Shown piece after piece: positions 21,543-33,324 of a DNA stretch of 64,000 nt; the stretch's first letter is position 1, and each line of letters starts with the position of its first letter. The notes beneath the pieces were generated by a model. It ran no database searches and was not told the origin of the DNA. It saw only the letters and a program-made list of their open reading frames with translations. A program made the position numbers and the translations under genes. Origin of the DNA: Ophelia neglecta (Eukaryota); NCBI GenBank assembly GCA_965285935.1, contig OZ260662.1, forward strand, positions 93,124,001-93,188,000, read 5' to 3'.

Positions 21543-24500
21543 ATGGACTCGGTCAGTGAGTATGAAGCAATACGTATTAGGAATTTAGCTGACAACAAAA
21601 CAATGCTAGCCAAGATATTGGAGGATCTAAAGGATCAGGCCCCTATTCCAGTGTCAAAACCCCCAAGAAGGGTAATTAATTTTATGTCATGTGGTAAATA
21701 TTTAATGCCTAGATTGATAGACTTTCAATATTGTTACCAGAATTCATCATCTTGTTTACTGCTAACAGGTGATAAAGTGTTTTTTTTTTCTTTAATGAAA
21801 TATACCCAATATCATAATTCAGTTGTCAGGTGTTTTAACGTTTATCAACTCAATTTCAGTATAAACCGAGGAAGCGTATAAGTGAGCCAGTTGAGATAAG
21901 AAGAAACCCCCCACGTAGTGCCAGATCTACTGTTAGCCATGGCAGTCCCCCACAGACCAGGAGTCGGAGAGGCTCCATCACCTCCTCCGTCTGCTCGAGT
22001 CTCTCACACAACTCCTCTCCAGGCCGGGAGCAAGGGGTTAGTAACTTTGTTCTGTGTTCTCACCCATCATCCCCTCTTCCAGTCTCCCGCACAACTCTCC
22101 AGGCCAGAAGCAAATAGGGGTAAGTATCTTGAGGTGCTAGGTACCCAAGAGTGTTAAGCTGTCTTCAGCAGAACCTGCAACATTTTCCGGCAAAGACCAA
22201 TTAAGCTGCAAAACCACAGGTATATGCAGTGAAGTGGCTGCTGTATCCCATACAAAGTTTATGAGCAGGTTATGAATTCACAGTATGGGGGTGTTCACTG
22301 TTCAGGCAATAAGAAAAATAACTAGTACATCATTGGAAACAATCACATGTACAGGTAATTTTCAGTCACGTGACTGGGATATTGCTGGTTCATTGCTTGA
22401 CATGCATCCTACCTTACTGTAGTTTAGGAGCGTCATCGATATCCTACATATCGACATATCGCTATTCCCTATTTATCAATATGTGTATCGATATACATGG
22501 CTTAATATCGAAATATCGAAATAATCATATTTATGCCATCAAAATGCCATAAAAATGCCATATAATGAAGAAAACAGAGAAAACTTTTCAAATTCGCAAG
22601 CATGCTTCACACAAACCACTATAGAAGCCCTCTTCTTATCCACACACACACAGATTATAATAGAAACAGTCCCCTGCAAACATGGCTCGAAGAGACTTAG
22701 GCGTGATTCTTGCAAAAACAATTGTTTCTGTTAACTTTTGTACCAGGAAAAGGTGCTAAAACTAGTATATCGAAATATTGACAAAATCGAAATATCGACA
22801 AAAAGTATCGTGATAATCGTATCGACAAAATTTTGATGTCAATGACAGTCCTACTGTAGTTCATAGCCGTACTCTGTACACCTACACCCATACTTTGAAA
22901 TTCAGGGGAATAAAATGGTTTAATCACTTTGAAACCATTTTATTTCTATATTTAATAATAAACTGTAATAAAAACAAAAAGTTTCGCATTTAAATTTTAG
23001 CGTTTATCCAATTTCTCAAAATTGCTGCAGGACTTTTTAACTCAGGACTTTCACTGTTTTTAGTCAGCGAGTCCCAGGACTCATCATATTTGTAGATGAA
23101 TTACTGTGTTAGATTTATGTGATGTGTGTCCTAACATTGTAATGATTTGGATTGATTCATTTTAAAAATTATATTAATTTTTTACTTGTCTTCATGTTAA
23201 CCATGCTTTTGATCCTGTTTTAGAAACTATTAGTTCGGTTTGGAACTTTCTTCAACAAGTCCCGCTCAGATGTGGATCTGGACTCTGAATATAACTCAGA
23301 TGAGGAATTAAAGGTATGAAGCCTCATCATCTATGTACCTGGCCCAAGCCGGAGATACCTCTCCTGATTTAATATCACCGCAAAAATAATGCTCATACAT
23401 GCACCTGTATTCCTTCATCACAATATTTACAGCTTCCTTCATACAAGAGACAAGGTGCTCTCCTAAATATTTTATGTTTTGATGAACCCATTTTATATTG
23501 GGTTTGATAACTACTGGGGATTTACTACCCCTTCAGGGGGTGCTATACCGAAGGGTTAATATTTTCATGGCTTTTTGATATTCCAGCTTCCAAAGAAGAG
23601 CATGCGCAGGTATCGGGAGGTAAAGAGTGTAGAAGAGATCACAGACGAAGATTTACAAATGGTGGCAGAACATGTGTGTGAGAAGAAGTATGACAGTGAG
23701 TGGGTAGGTCATTCATTTTCATTATTTTTCTATTAATATGATATTTGAAAAAGTTGCTTACAGTACTAAAAGAGTTAGTTCTTTATCCTGATGTCATACT
23801 GCCATATCGTCGGTAAGAATTTAACTTCGCAAAGCACCATATATGCAAGTGACAGAGTGCACAATTCCAATTATTCTATTAATAAAAACAAGGAAAATAT
23901 AACTATTTTGAAAATTGTAGAGAATAAATGTTTTAATTTCAGTTTATCTGTGTAGTTAATGTTAATGAGATTTTATATTGTTCTTTAGGGATCCACCTGC
24001 CATCAGTGCAGACAGAAGACTGATGATCAGAAGACGATATGTAGAACAGAGTTCTGCCAGGGGGTCAGAGGTCAGGTAAGAATGTGATGACACATGGATC
24101 CTGTAATTTTAACCATTCATTTCTGCACTTGAGCTAAACCATAAGGTCAAATTTGTTGCCCAACCTTAGCAGCAATATTAATGTGAGTAGTTCAGTGGCT
24201 GGCTATAAATGAGACTCAATGAGGCTAAATTTTAAATCTGCAATATTGAGTGTATTTTTAGTCTAAGGGCTTTCCATTAAAATTACCTGGGAGAGAGGGG
24301 GCTGAACTTAATGCAGGGAGTCTGCTAATACATGTCCAGATCATCCAAAGTACAGCAGCTCTAGATTCAATGCTGGTCGTCAGTAAGGGTGGTGTGACAA
24401 GAGAGGGTCTGCAAAATGTGGAACTGTAGTCATTTGGTCTGTTAAATCAAGCCTCCAAGCCAATCCAAAGCCATTTTACCTTTAGGGTATTTGCTTCTCC

Positions 24501-25237
24501 TGCTATTGTCCTTCCAACGATTTTCATCCAATGAATGGAGACGTTGGCCATTAACTGTTAAGCTTGTTCCACTACTAAGTACAGCTATGACTGCATTGTA
24601 ATGAATTATACATAATAAAAAAAAAGAAATTTAACACAAAGCTTTTGAGTAATGGTTAGTTTAATTACACTTTCTTTTTTATGTTTGTCCAGTGAACCCT
24701 TTCTCAAATATTTGTAAAGTAATAGTTATTCCAAAACTTGGGCTGCCGTGAGCAATGAAATGTATTTATGATCAAAATTATTAAACAAGCGTGTATCTGC
24801 TACTTCATCTCACAAGTGATGCTAATTAATAATTTAACAACTGGCAAACATTTCTTGAGTAACAAACACCTCATATTAATATTAACAGTAAAATGAATTG
24901 ATTTCTCCATTCCAGTTCTGTGGTCCGTGCCTCAGAAACAGGTACGGTGAGGACGCCAAGACGGCGTTGAAGAACCCAGAGTGGATCTGTCCTCCGTGTA
25001 GAGGCATCTGTAACTGTAGCTTCTGTAGGCGCAAGTCCGGCAAGACCAGTACTGGTATCCTCATACACCTGGCCCGGGAACATGGATATAAAGATGTCAA
25101 CTCCTACTTACAGAGGTGAGTAGGAATTTCTTGCAGTTTCCTAACACATCAACCTTAGCATCATACCTCCAAAATATACACAATGGGTATCATCGCATTG
25201 TAACAGCAATTTATTATATTTCAGCTTCAAGAAGTGA
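21543..25237 (+). CDS. CDCA7: Cell division cycle-associated 7 (CDCA7/CDCA7L family, zf-4CXXC_R1)
   Basis: Exons 21543-21671, 21860-22036, 23224-23313, 23587-23703, 23989-24075, 24916-25115, 25225-25237 (270 aa). Helix [24 protein letters not shown] resembles the HELLS-binding helix. Zinc-finger domain [11 protein letters not shown]...[25 protein letters not shown]...[16 protein letters not shown]...[26 protein letters not shown] at ~26487. Confidence 0.95.
22425..22853. mobile_element. Non-autonomous hAT-type element (429 bp) in a CDCA7 intron
   Basis: Imperfect TIRs TAGGAGCGTCATCGATATC ... GATGTCAATGACAGTCCTA, exact 8-bp TSD CTGTAGTT (22417-22424 and 22854-22861), and subterminal ATATCGA repeats. 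Confidence 0.9.
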
Positions 25238-27225
25238 GCTCCTTCAGTGGTTGAAATCTGCACCTGCTTACCATGCCTAAGTCACTGTCAGTAGTATACT
25301 GAAAAATGTGCCATGTACCTCACACATCATTGACATGTAGTTCAGTCCTTTTCATCTTGAACCCTAGACCACCATTTTGTAATCAGGCCTCCATTGTCAT
25401 CCATCTTGTACTTCAGGTTATCATTTTCTCCTTTCTCACATGCCCTGATCATTCTTGACACTGTTTTGTTGACAGGTGAAGTAGCTAGCTAGGATATTTG
25501 TAATATTTAAAAAAAAAGTTGGCAGCTAGCAAGATATTTTGTGATAAGCACTTCTTTGATTAATTGGTTTAGATAACCATACCCTGCTTCAGCTCAAACA
25601 ATTCGTCTTTGTGAATAATATTGGCCAGTATGTTAACAAGATATTAAGTAAAAAAATATGGAGTTTATATGTTATAAAGAAACTTATCTGAGCTTTTTAG
25701 GGCTATTTGTATGATTAGGCACTAAAATCTTAATGTCTTTTCATCCCTGTTAGTAATACACTTTGATAAAAGATACCATTCAACTACATGTTTGAGTGAT
25801 ATTTCCATTAAAAAAGTTTTGTTTAGGTATATGGCACTAGACTTAAAATATTTACAGCTGGTCGTTTAACGTCTGGGGGATTTCAGTAGGAGTCGGGGAC
25901 ATGTCAGGGTATTTGATATTAAATATCTGTGGTTAGCTTGAAATGAGGTCTTACAATGTGGTGAAGTTGGAATTAAATTTGCCATCTGATATTCTAATAT
26001 GATGCATTTAATTACTGCTTAAACTGTCCAATTTCTAAGATTCATTTGTTGAAATGTTATGTACCATTGTAAAAGGAAAAGTGTGATTATTATATTTTAC
26101 TTACTTCTGATTGGTTGAGTGCTGCCTCTTTATATTGTGGTAATTGAAATGTTTTATGAGCCTTGCTTTTATACAATTTTAACATCAATTTATTAAACAT
26201 TTTAACATCATTTTTATAAACATTTATTTATCTTTTGATAAATTCGATTACATCAGATTGATGGAATAATGAATTATAAAATCATGCCTGAGACTCTCTT
26301 TGTCACTGATTTTATTTTATAACACAGTATAAAATGTTGCATAATGTCAAGTTACCTTTATAATACAAATTGTTATGCCAGTTGAATATTGAGAGTGCAG
26401 TTAAGTGTTATGTTTGTTAATGCAGAACTGAAATCAATACAATTCATTACATTTTATTCTTATTCATGACTATTTACATTTTTTACAATAAAACTTTTAA
26501 TTGTAAATCAGCTGTTTGTGTCATTCACTGCTTAGATCAAAGGAATATTTGAAACGTTTCCTTTTATCCATATTGTCTTCACCGGAAGAATACATTATAC
26601 CAGTTATGGTAAAACCTGTTATTGTTGAAAGCCCTTTATTTCACGAGTAGGGTCAAAACCGCAATATTAGATGGGTCGCCGTTTGTTAAAACCATGAATA
26701 GTAAGAGCTTTGGAACACTAGGTTTTACAGTATGTTTAAAATTCAGGCTTACAGTTTAAATTTTATAGTTCTTTCAAACACAAATATCATTTTTATGGCA
26801 CTGGACCTCGATAATGTTACGATTTAATTTTTGTACACAGCCCCTCATGCATTTAAAGGCTAAAAAACATGAAAAACAATGCTGCACTACTATAACCCAT
26901 ACTAGGTATGTCTGATTCAGTACAGGACTGGGGTTTGACAGTTAATTTACCTTTAAGTGGGAGGTTGGGTGCAACGAAAAAAATTATTATGGGGGGGGGG
27001 GGGAGGAGGAGGTGCAAAATACAGAAAACAAGCCATGATAAGTATGGGGTATTATGAACTTAAATTGATTGTAATAACTAAAGATTGATGCTTCAGTCTG
27101 CCACTTTGGGGTATCACTTTGGTATATTTTTGAGGCACCACCCCACTTTCTGGTAACCAACAGAGCCATAGAATTAAAAACAGAGGCTTTATATTTCTGT
27201 CCATTTACAGGTTCATGCCTTGAAT

Positions 27226-29390
27226 TCAGGACAGCTTTTTCCTTTGGGTGTTTATGAACAAAAGTGGACTGAATACTGTACCAAAAACCACTTGTCCTAT
27301 CATAAATGCCAAGGCCCTGTCATACCCCCAGTTAGGTGGAAGTTGATTTGCCATAAACAAGAGGGTGTAGCCCAGCAGGACGATTGCCGATGCCCCGAGA
27401 TAGGACTTCCTGGCTTCTGAAAGCATGGCCGTCTTCTGGTCCGACGTCATTCCGGCTTGGGCTGGCCACGTGATCATGGCATAGTAAAGGGGAGGTAGGA
27501 CAAACACTCCCATGACCAACAAGGTACGAAACACCTAAAATAAACAGGTACATTCTATTGTAACTTACTCAGTAAATATCTGAACCTGATACATATATAT
27601 ACAGTGAAACCTGCCTTAAAGACCACCTCTATAATCTGACCACCTGTCAATTCAGACCACCAATATGAGAAGTGTGCTATATACTTTCAATGTTAAATAA
27701 CCTGTCTAAAAATCAGACCAGTATTATCCAGTCCCATTGGTGGTCTTAATTTACAGGTTTCATTGTATCATGAAATGTGGATTAATACAACAATATGGTA
27801 TGTGGTATTCCTATGTATACAATGGATATTCAATAAAAACCGATGTGATCTAATTGTATTATCAAAGTATCTAGATAATGAGTTTATTATTAAATCCCAA
27901 ATGGAAAAATTTGTGGACCACCAAGCAAGAAATAATATGCAGATACAAAGTGCAAATAATAAGTGCAGAGGACTTTTATAAGTAGATTTTATGACTTAAT
28001 GCTATATAGATAGATAGAGTGATAGTTTACCTCACAATGGAAAAAGTCTTGTATCCCATATTCCACTCCTTCATTAAACTCCTTTTGAGTACCTTGATAA
28101 ATTTATATAATTTCAATTAATAATAAATAGCTCCTGGCCGAGGCTTTTGAAATTGGCATTGGACTTTGTGTGTATTAAAAGCTTAAGGAGAAAGTAAACC
28201 TGATACAATGTATAGTAAAGGCAGGTGGAGGTATGGAGTATATATATATGGTGTATAAGATATCCATGTACACTAGGCATACGCTATTTGAAGGAACCCC
28301 CATCTCCAACCTGGGTGATCTGATAGGTTTAAACACCATATCAGCCACTGCCTCCAGGTTTGTCTGTCTACTGGAATGCAGGCTGGCCTGCAACTGGGTT
28401 GTGCAGCCCCCCTCCCCCCCCCCCTCCACCTGGCATGTTGAAATGAATAACAGCTTGATATGCTGGTACTAAAGCCTCATTTAAGGGGGAACTAAATTAT
28501 TAACCAAAATTAAATTTCCCTGTTGGAAGGAAAATAGAAGAGAGTAATTAAAAAAAAATCTTTTCTAGGAGAGAATTGGGGTGGGGATGGGGGTTGGGGG
28601 GTGTTTTCATTCTAAGTGTTTCATTCTAGCGTGGGGGGGGGGGGGTTATTATTATTTATGACAAGGTGTATCATATGTTATCTTCTTCCCTTAAAATTAA
28701 GGAAAACTCATTTTCTAGAATACACAGAAATTGTGGCCCTTTTTACAATGGTTTAAGATCAGTAGTACAGTATTGACCTTAGTGAACTTAGTAGAAGTTT
28801 CTTACTCTTAGCAGGATTGTAACTTATCTCAATTTTTATGACAATGAAGAATCTATGGGTAATTTTCCTGGAAAAACTTATCTATTCAAATCTCCCTCTT
28901 TGATACTACTTAGTTATATAAATATGACTGTAATTCATATTTACAACTTCAAATGATTACAAACAAAGCTGTTGGGTGTTTTTAGGATAAACCTACCTGC
29001 ATAGAGGAATCTGTCATAGCCCAGTGTTAAAATGGCAAACATGCAGGTGTGTGAAGTAGTCCAGTATTTGTGAACAGAGAGATCATCGCCATTCTTTATC
29101 AAACGGTAGCCGATACAAAAGCCAAGGACTCCCAGCGATACATTGGTATGAGCAAAGAGGCAGGCCCATATACCATGCAGGTCCCGGTCTAGAAAAAACA
29201 TGGTCTCCCAGCCAGGGTAGTGCCACAGCAGATACACACCAGAGGGAGCAAATATCATGCTCAGGAAGCAGATGGTGTACATGAAATACTTGTTTACAAA
29301 CATACTGTCTGTTTTCTTCAAATTCGTTCCAGCCATGGCAGCAAACAAAGCTCCCATTCCAAAAGACCAAAAAACATCAACTTGAATCAT
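27226..29390 (-). CDS. Uncharacterised multi-pass membrane protein (254 aa; MxQVDVFWS...FAPSGxYLLWxxPxWETM...TNVxxGxLG type)
   Basis: Exons 29390-28997, 28092-28031 and 27534-27226 join in phase (765 nt). The product has about 7 hydrophobic segments and ends RKKLS*. Confidence 0.85.
27602..27765. mobile_element. Tc1/mariner-pogo-type MITE (CAGTGAAACCTG family)
   Basis: TA-CAGTGAAACCTG ... CAGGTTTCATTG-TA, with internal GACCACC repeats. Confidence 0.85.
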
Positions 29391-30199
29391 TTTCAAATTC
29401 TTTTCTGTATCTGATATATGGAACTGTTTGATGCAATTTGATCAGTTACTTTTTCAATCTGAATGAATTGTTGCTTTTCCCAAAATGACTATGGATATGT
29501 GATGTGAGTCCAAAGTATCATTTTCTGAGTTCAAGACCTGTTACACTTTTAAAGATAAAGTATCGAGCATGTATATGTATATGTGGTTATTGATTGAGGG
29601 TAAATCTTGTGTTTAGATCCAGATACTTAAAAGATATCAAGAATCTCTTGACCTGTTTGATATATATTTTACAGCATGAAATCAACCACTCTCTGAGTTT
29701 GGTTTATCACAGGGGCCTGCACTTCCTGAACAAATTGATGTGAATGACTGTCCTGAATTTTACAAAAAAGGTGTATTTTTCACCACTTCACATGTCCTAG
29801 CTCGTAAACCTGAATCTCTCCTTACCTAAAAAGATGGGACTATCATATGTCCTATGTTTTATTTTTCTGGAGTACAGGCCCTGGGGTTTACCTAAGCACA
29901 CAGGTAACATGGAGCTCTGGTTGTCATGATTATTTTGTGTTTTCCAGTGGCATAAATACAAGGACTGTAATTTACAGCTGGAAATTCAATATTCTATATC
30001 ATCTCAGAAGTGACCAAAACTTCTATGGACAGGTTTGGATCTCAGAATTTTAATTAGGTGGCGTTTATATGAAGACTTCTGCAAAAAAAAATTTAAACTG
30101 AATTATGAAAGTTCGGTTGTTCTGGGCCGTGTTAAATAGAATCATTGGTGTATTTGTACCCCCCCCCCCCCCCCCACCAAAAAAACACTACTAACCAGC

Positions 30200-30699
30200 A
30201 GTGAGGAACAACAGCGGTTTTCACATTATATGGTGGCGGCATCAAGCGATTAAAAACGCAACAATTTCATCACTGGTCCGTGCCCCCTCTAGCGTGCGTT
30301 TTATACAGTATATAGTGGTTTTCAAATGTTCCCACTCATGCTTTTGCAAAGTTTGTCGCAAATTATTTAAGCCGTTCATTATTCTGCATGGTTTTAATAT
30401 CTAGTATAGTAGTAAGAAATGCATGCTTGCAAGCCCAGTTGAAAGTTTTGGTACAAACTTTTCTGATTGGTTGATCTTTGATCTAGTTTTCTGCTATTTC
30501 ATTGGTTAAGGTCATCACATGTGAAAAGGATTAGTGTCAGCCAACGATGTGTTTCGACGGGTTTATATGTCCCGGCAAAGCGCTATTGGTAAACTGAGCA
30601 TCTACTCAAGGATTGAATGAGTCCAAAAAATCTGACTGCAACCGCCGCTACAAAATTTACTGAAATAGTGTCTTAGAATGGAAGGAACAGGCAAAAGAG
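30200..30699 (+). promoter_or_regulatory. CpG-rich promoter with three inverted CCAAT boxes and a probable non-coding first exon of NEK10; may be shared divergently with the membrane-protein gene
   Basis: ATTGG at 30466, 30501 and 30585. Donor GAG|GTGAGT at 30699, and a minus-strand donor TAG|GTAAGG near 29826 upstream of the membrane-protein ATG. Confidence 0.5.
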
Positions 30700-31187
30700 G
30701 TGAGTGTTTACCATATCCAAGGAAGCCATGTTTGACAGCTGACCGGGTAACCGTGGTGCGAGATCCAGAGCTGTGATCCCATACCATGATACTACATGTG
30801 ACTGGTAACTGTCAACTGTGTAATGTAAACTCGTGTACCAGTGTACTGAGATCTACAGATCTTTAATGCCTGTATTGTGGATCGATGTCTCGCTGTTTGA
30901 TGTACATGAACTTACATGGTCAATAAAGTGTAGAATCTAGATATAGGTTTTCGGTATTAGGAAAAGACCAGGCATAAGTAAAGTAATATTTTGAAATGTC
31001 AAATGAAGGACCATATAGCGACCGTATATAGCCAATGGCCTACCTGGACTAGATAGGCATAAGAATGCGTAAATCTTTAAACAAGGCTCGTGCTCGTCAG
31101 ATGATAGTATTGTGTATTGTGTTTGTCTTGGGCAGGTGGGGGGGGGGGGGGGGGGGCAGATGTCATATTGTCGCTTTGCCATATTGT

Positions 31188-31200
31188 GTCTCCAGGCAAC
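31188..31200 (+). promoter_or_regulatory. RFX X-box-like motif
   Basis: GTCTCCAGGCAAC about 0.5 kb downstream of the putative NEK10 first exon. NEK10 is a motile-cilia gene, a class typically regulated by RFX. Confidence 0.4.
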
Positions 31201-31920
31201 GTATTTAAATAAAAATCTCAGCCCCTTGCTTTATACTTAACTGTTCATTTGACTTCCTCTGTGACTAAAATTGATAGCTTAGTTTTTGTAGCAAAGTTTT
31301 TTGCGTGTTGTGTCTCACCAACCATGTGTAACGTTAAGCATGCGTATTATATTACGCATTTTATTCTAAATGCAATCCGAACTCTTCTCTGCGTTTAATA
31401 GTGCGCTATTTTATCTGTGAGGCACAGTGTTGGTTCCACTATGAGCACACTCATGGTACATGACCTTTATTTGATGAAGCACACTTTTTTGGCCACTTGG
31501 GGGAGGGGGGGAGGGGAGAGGGGCACAAAATTTTTTCCATGGTTGATTGGGGGAAGGGGGAGGGGGATTTGAGCATGAATTTAAAAATGTTTAGTAAAGT
31601 TTAATTCTGAGCACATTTATTTTTGCAACCAAGCACTAGGAATTTTTTGTGCATCATTTAATTGGCACAATTTTGGTTAATTCACTAAAACCCGAAAAGT
31701 GAACTACTGCGAAATAAGAGACTTACAGTATTCTTTGTGGACTGTCCAATAGAGAGTTTGATAAACATAGATATGTGGGAATGTTTTTATTTGTCAGAAT
31801 TAGTTTGCCATATAACCCTCTAACCTCTATGAGGATGTTAAATTGGGCCAATAGGACTGTATGAGTTAAAAGGATGCCAATCTTTCATAATGTGGAAGAA
31901 AAATTTAGAACAAGTCTTTA

Positions 31921-33324
31921 CTCTCACATTCCGAATACCTGCGCAAGGCGGAATAAGAGAATAGGGTGGAAAATTTTCCAAAATCTAATAACTGTACAAG
32001 GCGGAATAAGAGAATAGGGTGGAAAATTCTCCAAAAGCTAATAACTGTACAATGCGGAATAAGAGAATAGGGTGGAAAATTCTTCAACTTGTAACTGTAC
32101 AAGCCAGAATAAGACAATATATAGTCCTGTGTTACTAGAATCCAGTTGATGTAATTACAATATCAGGAATAACAGTATTATAGGGTTGAAAACCAAACAC
32201 AAACACAGTAGTATGAACACTTCTTTATTCAATAGCAAATGTCAACTCGAACCACGTGATTCGCTGAAATTGACTTTAAGACAACAATAACATGAATAAT
32301 GATCAGTATAGCTCATAATATAAAGCACCTTAAACATAAACAAAACATATACACGGCCCCAAAACCGATGCGTGCGTTTTATTTTTTCAAACTTGTACAA
32401 ACAGCTGAACCTGCCCTATTATCGCCCAAATCGGCCGCGAAATTTCTCAAGGGCGTAACTAGGGGGGGTTCGTCCGAACCACCCTTTTTCAGCTGAATTA
32501 AATTGATTTGTCAAAAAAATTGTTCTATAGTTCGAACTGCAAAATCTATACAAACTGAAGTGAACCCCCCCTTGTGGAAAGCTGGAAACGCCCGTTTCCC
32601 TTCTTCGGACCTAAAATTTGTGCAACCGGCCTCTATTTTCATCAATGCCAAGTGGAAAATAAAGTGCAGAAACAATGTCAAGTCAATCTTTAGGCTATAC
32701 ATTGTTTATTTACTTTGGTTAGACATGGAAACTCATCGGCATGGAGGGCGAGGTGGGGGATTTTCTGAAACTTGCTGACAACACTAACATTATCGATCAT
32801 TGTTCAATAGTTTTTCACCAATGTAATCAGAAATATGGCTCTGCCAAAAGATAATAGGTCAGACTTTATCAGTGGTTCCTTTCAGATTAATATATGGTAA
32901 AAATTACTTGGAAAACTCACGAGAAAGTCCACCAGCAGATAGCAGATTTTGCACACGTCCCGCAACAATTACTAGTACGCACACGACCCGATTCCCGCGA
33001 TTTCTTGCTCACAAATTCCAGGCTTGCCGTAGTAAGTAGTAACCAGTTCATTCGCAAAAACAAGGAGCTCCCACGGACACGGCATGATTCTGGAAACAGT
33101 CCAGCTAGTTTGCGCAAACAGTTTCAAAACAACGCGATCGCGGATGCTTGCAGGCGGACAGCGAGCAGGCGGACAGCGAGCAGCGTACAGTCCGGAATTG
33201 TCTTATAGAAGGGGTGTTTAAACCAGATTTCTTATAAGCGTACAGGCCCCAATAAGATCGTATAGGGTGGATTTTTTTCTCACAAAAAATAGCCGTACAT
33301 GTACGGGTATTCGGAATGTGAGAG
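31921..33324. mobile_element. 1.4-kb non-autonomous Tc1/mariner-superfamily DNA transposon
   Basis: Perfect TIR CTCTCACATTCCGAATACC ... GGTATTCGGAATGTGAGAG flanked by TA. Three 53-bp subterminal repeats (GCGGAATAAGAGAATAGGGTGGAAAATT) at ~31948, 32001 and 32054. CpG-rich, with no transposase ORF. Confidence 0.9.
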
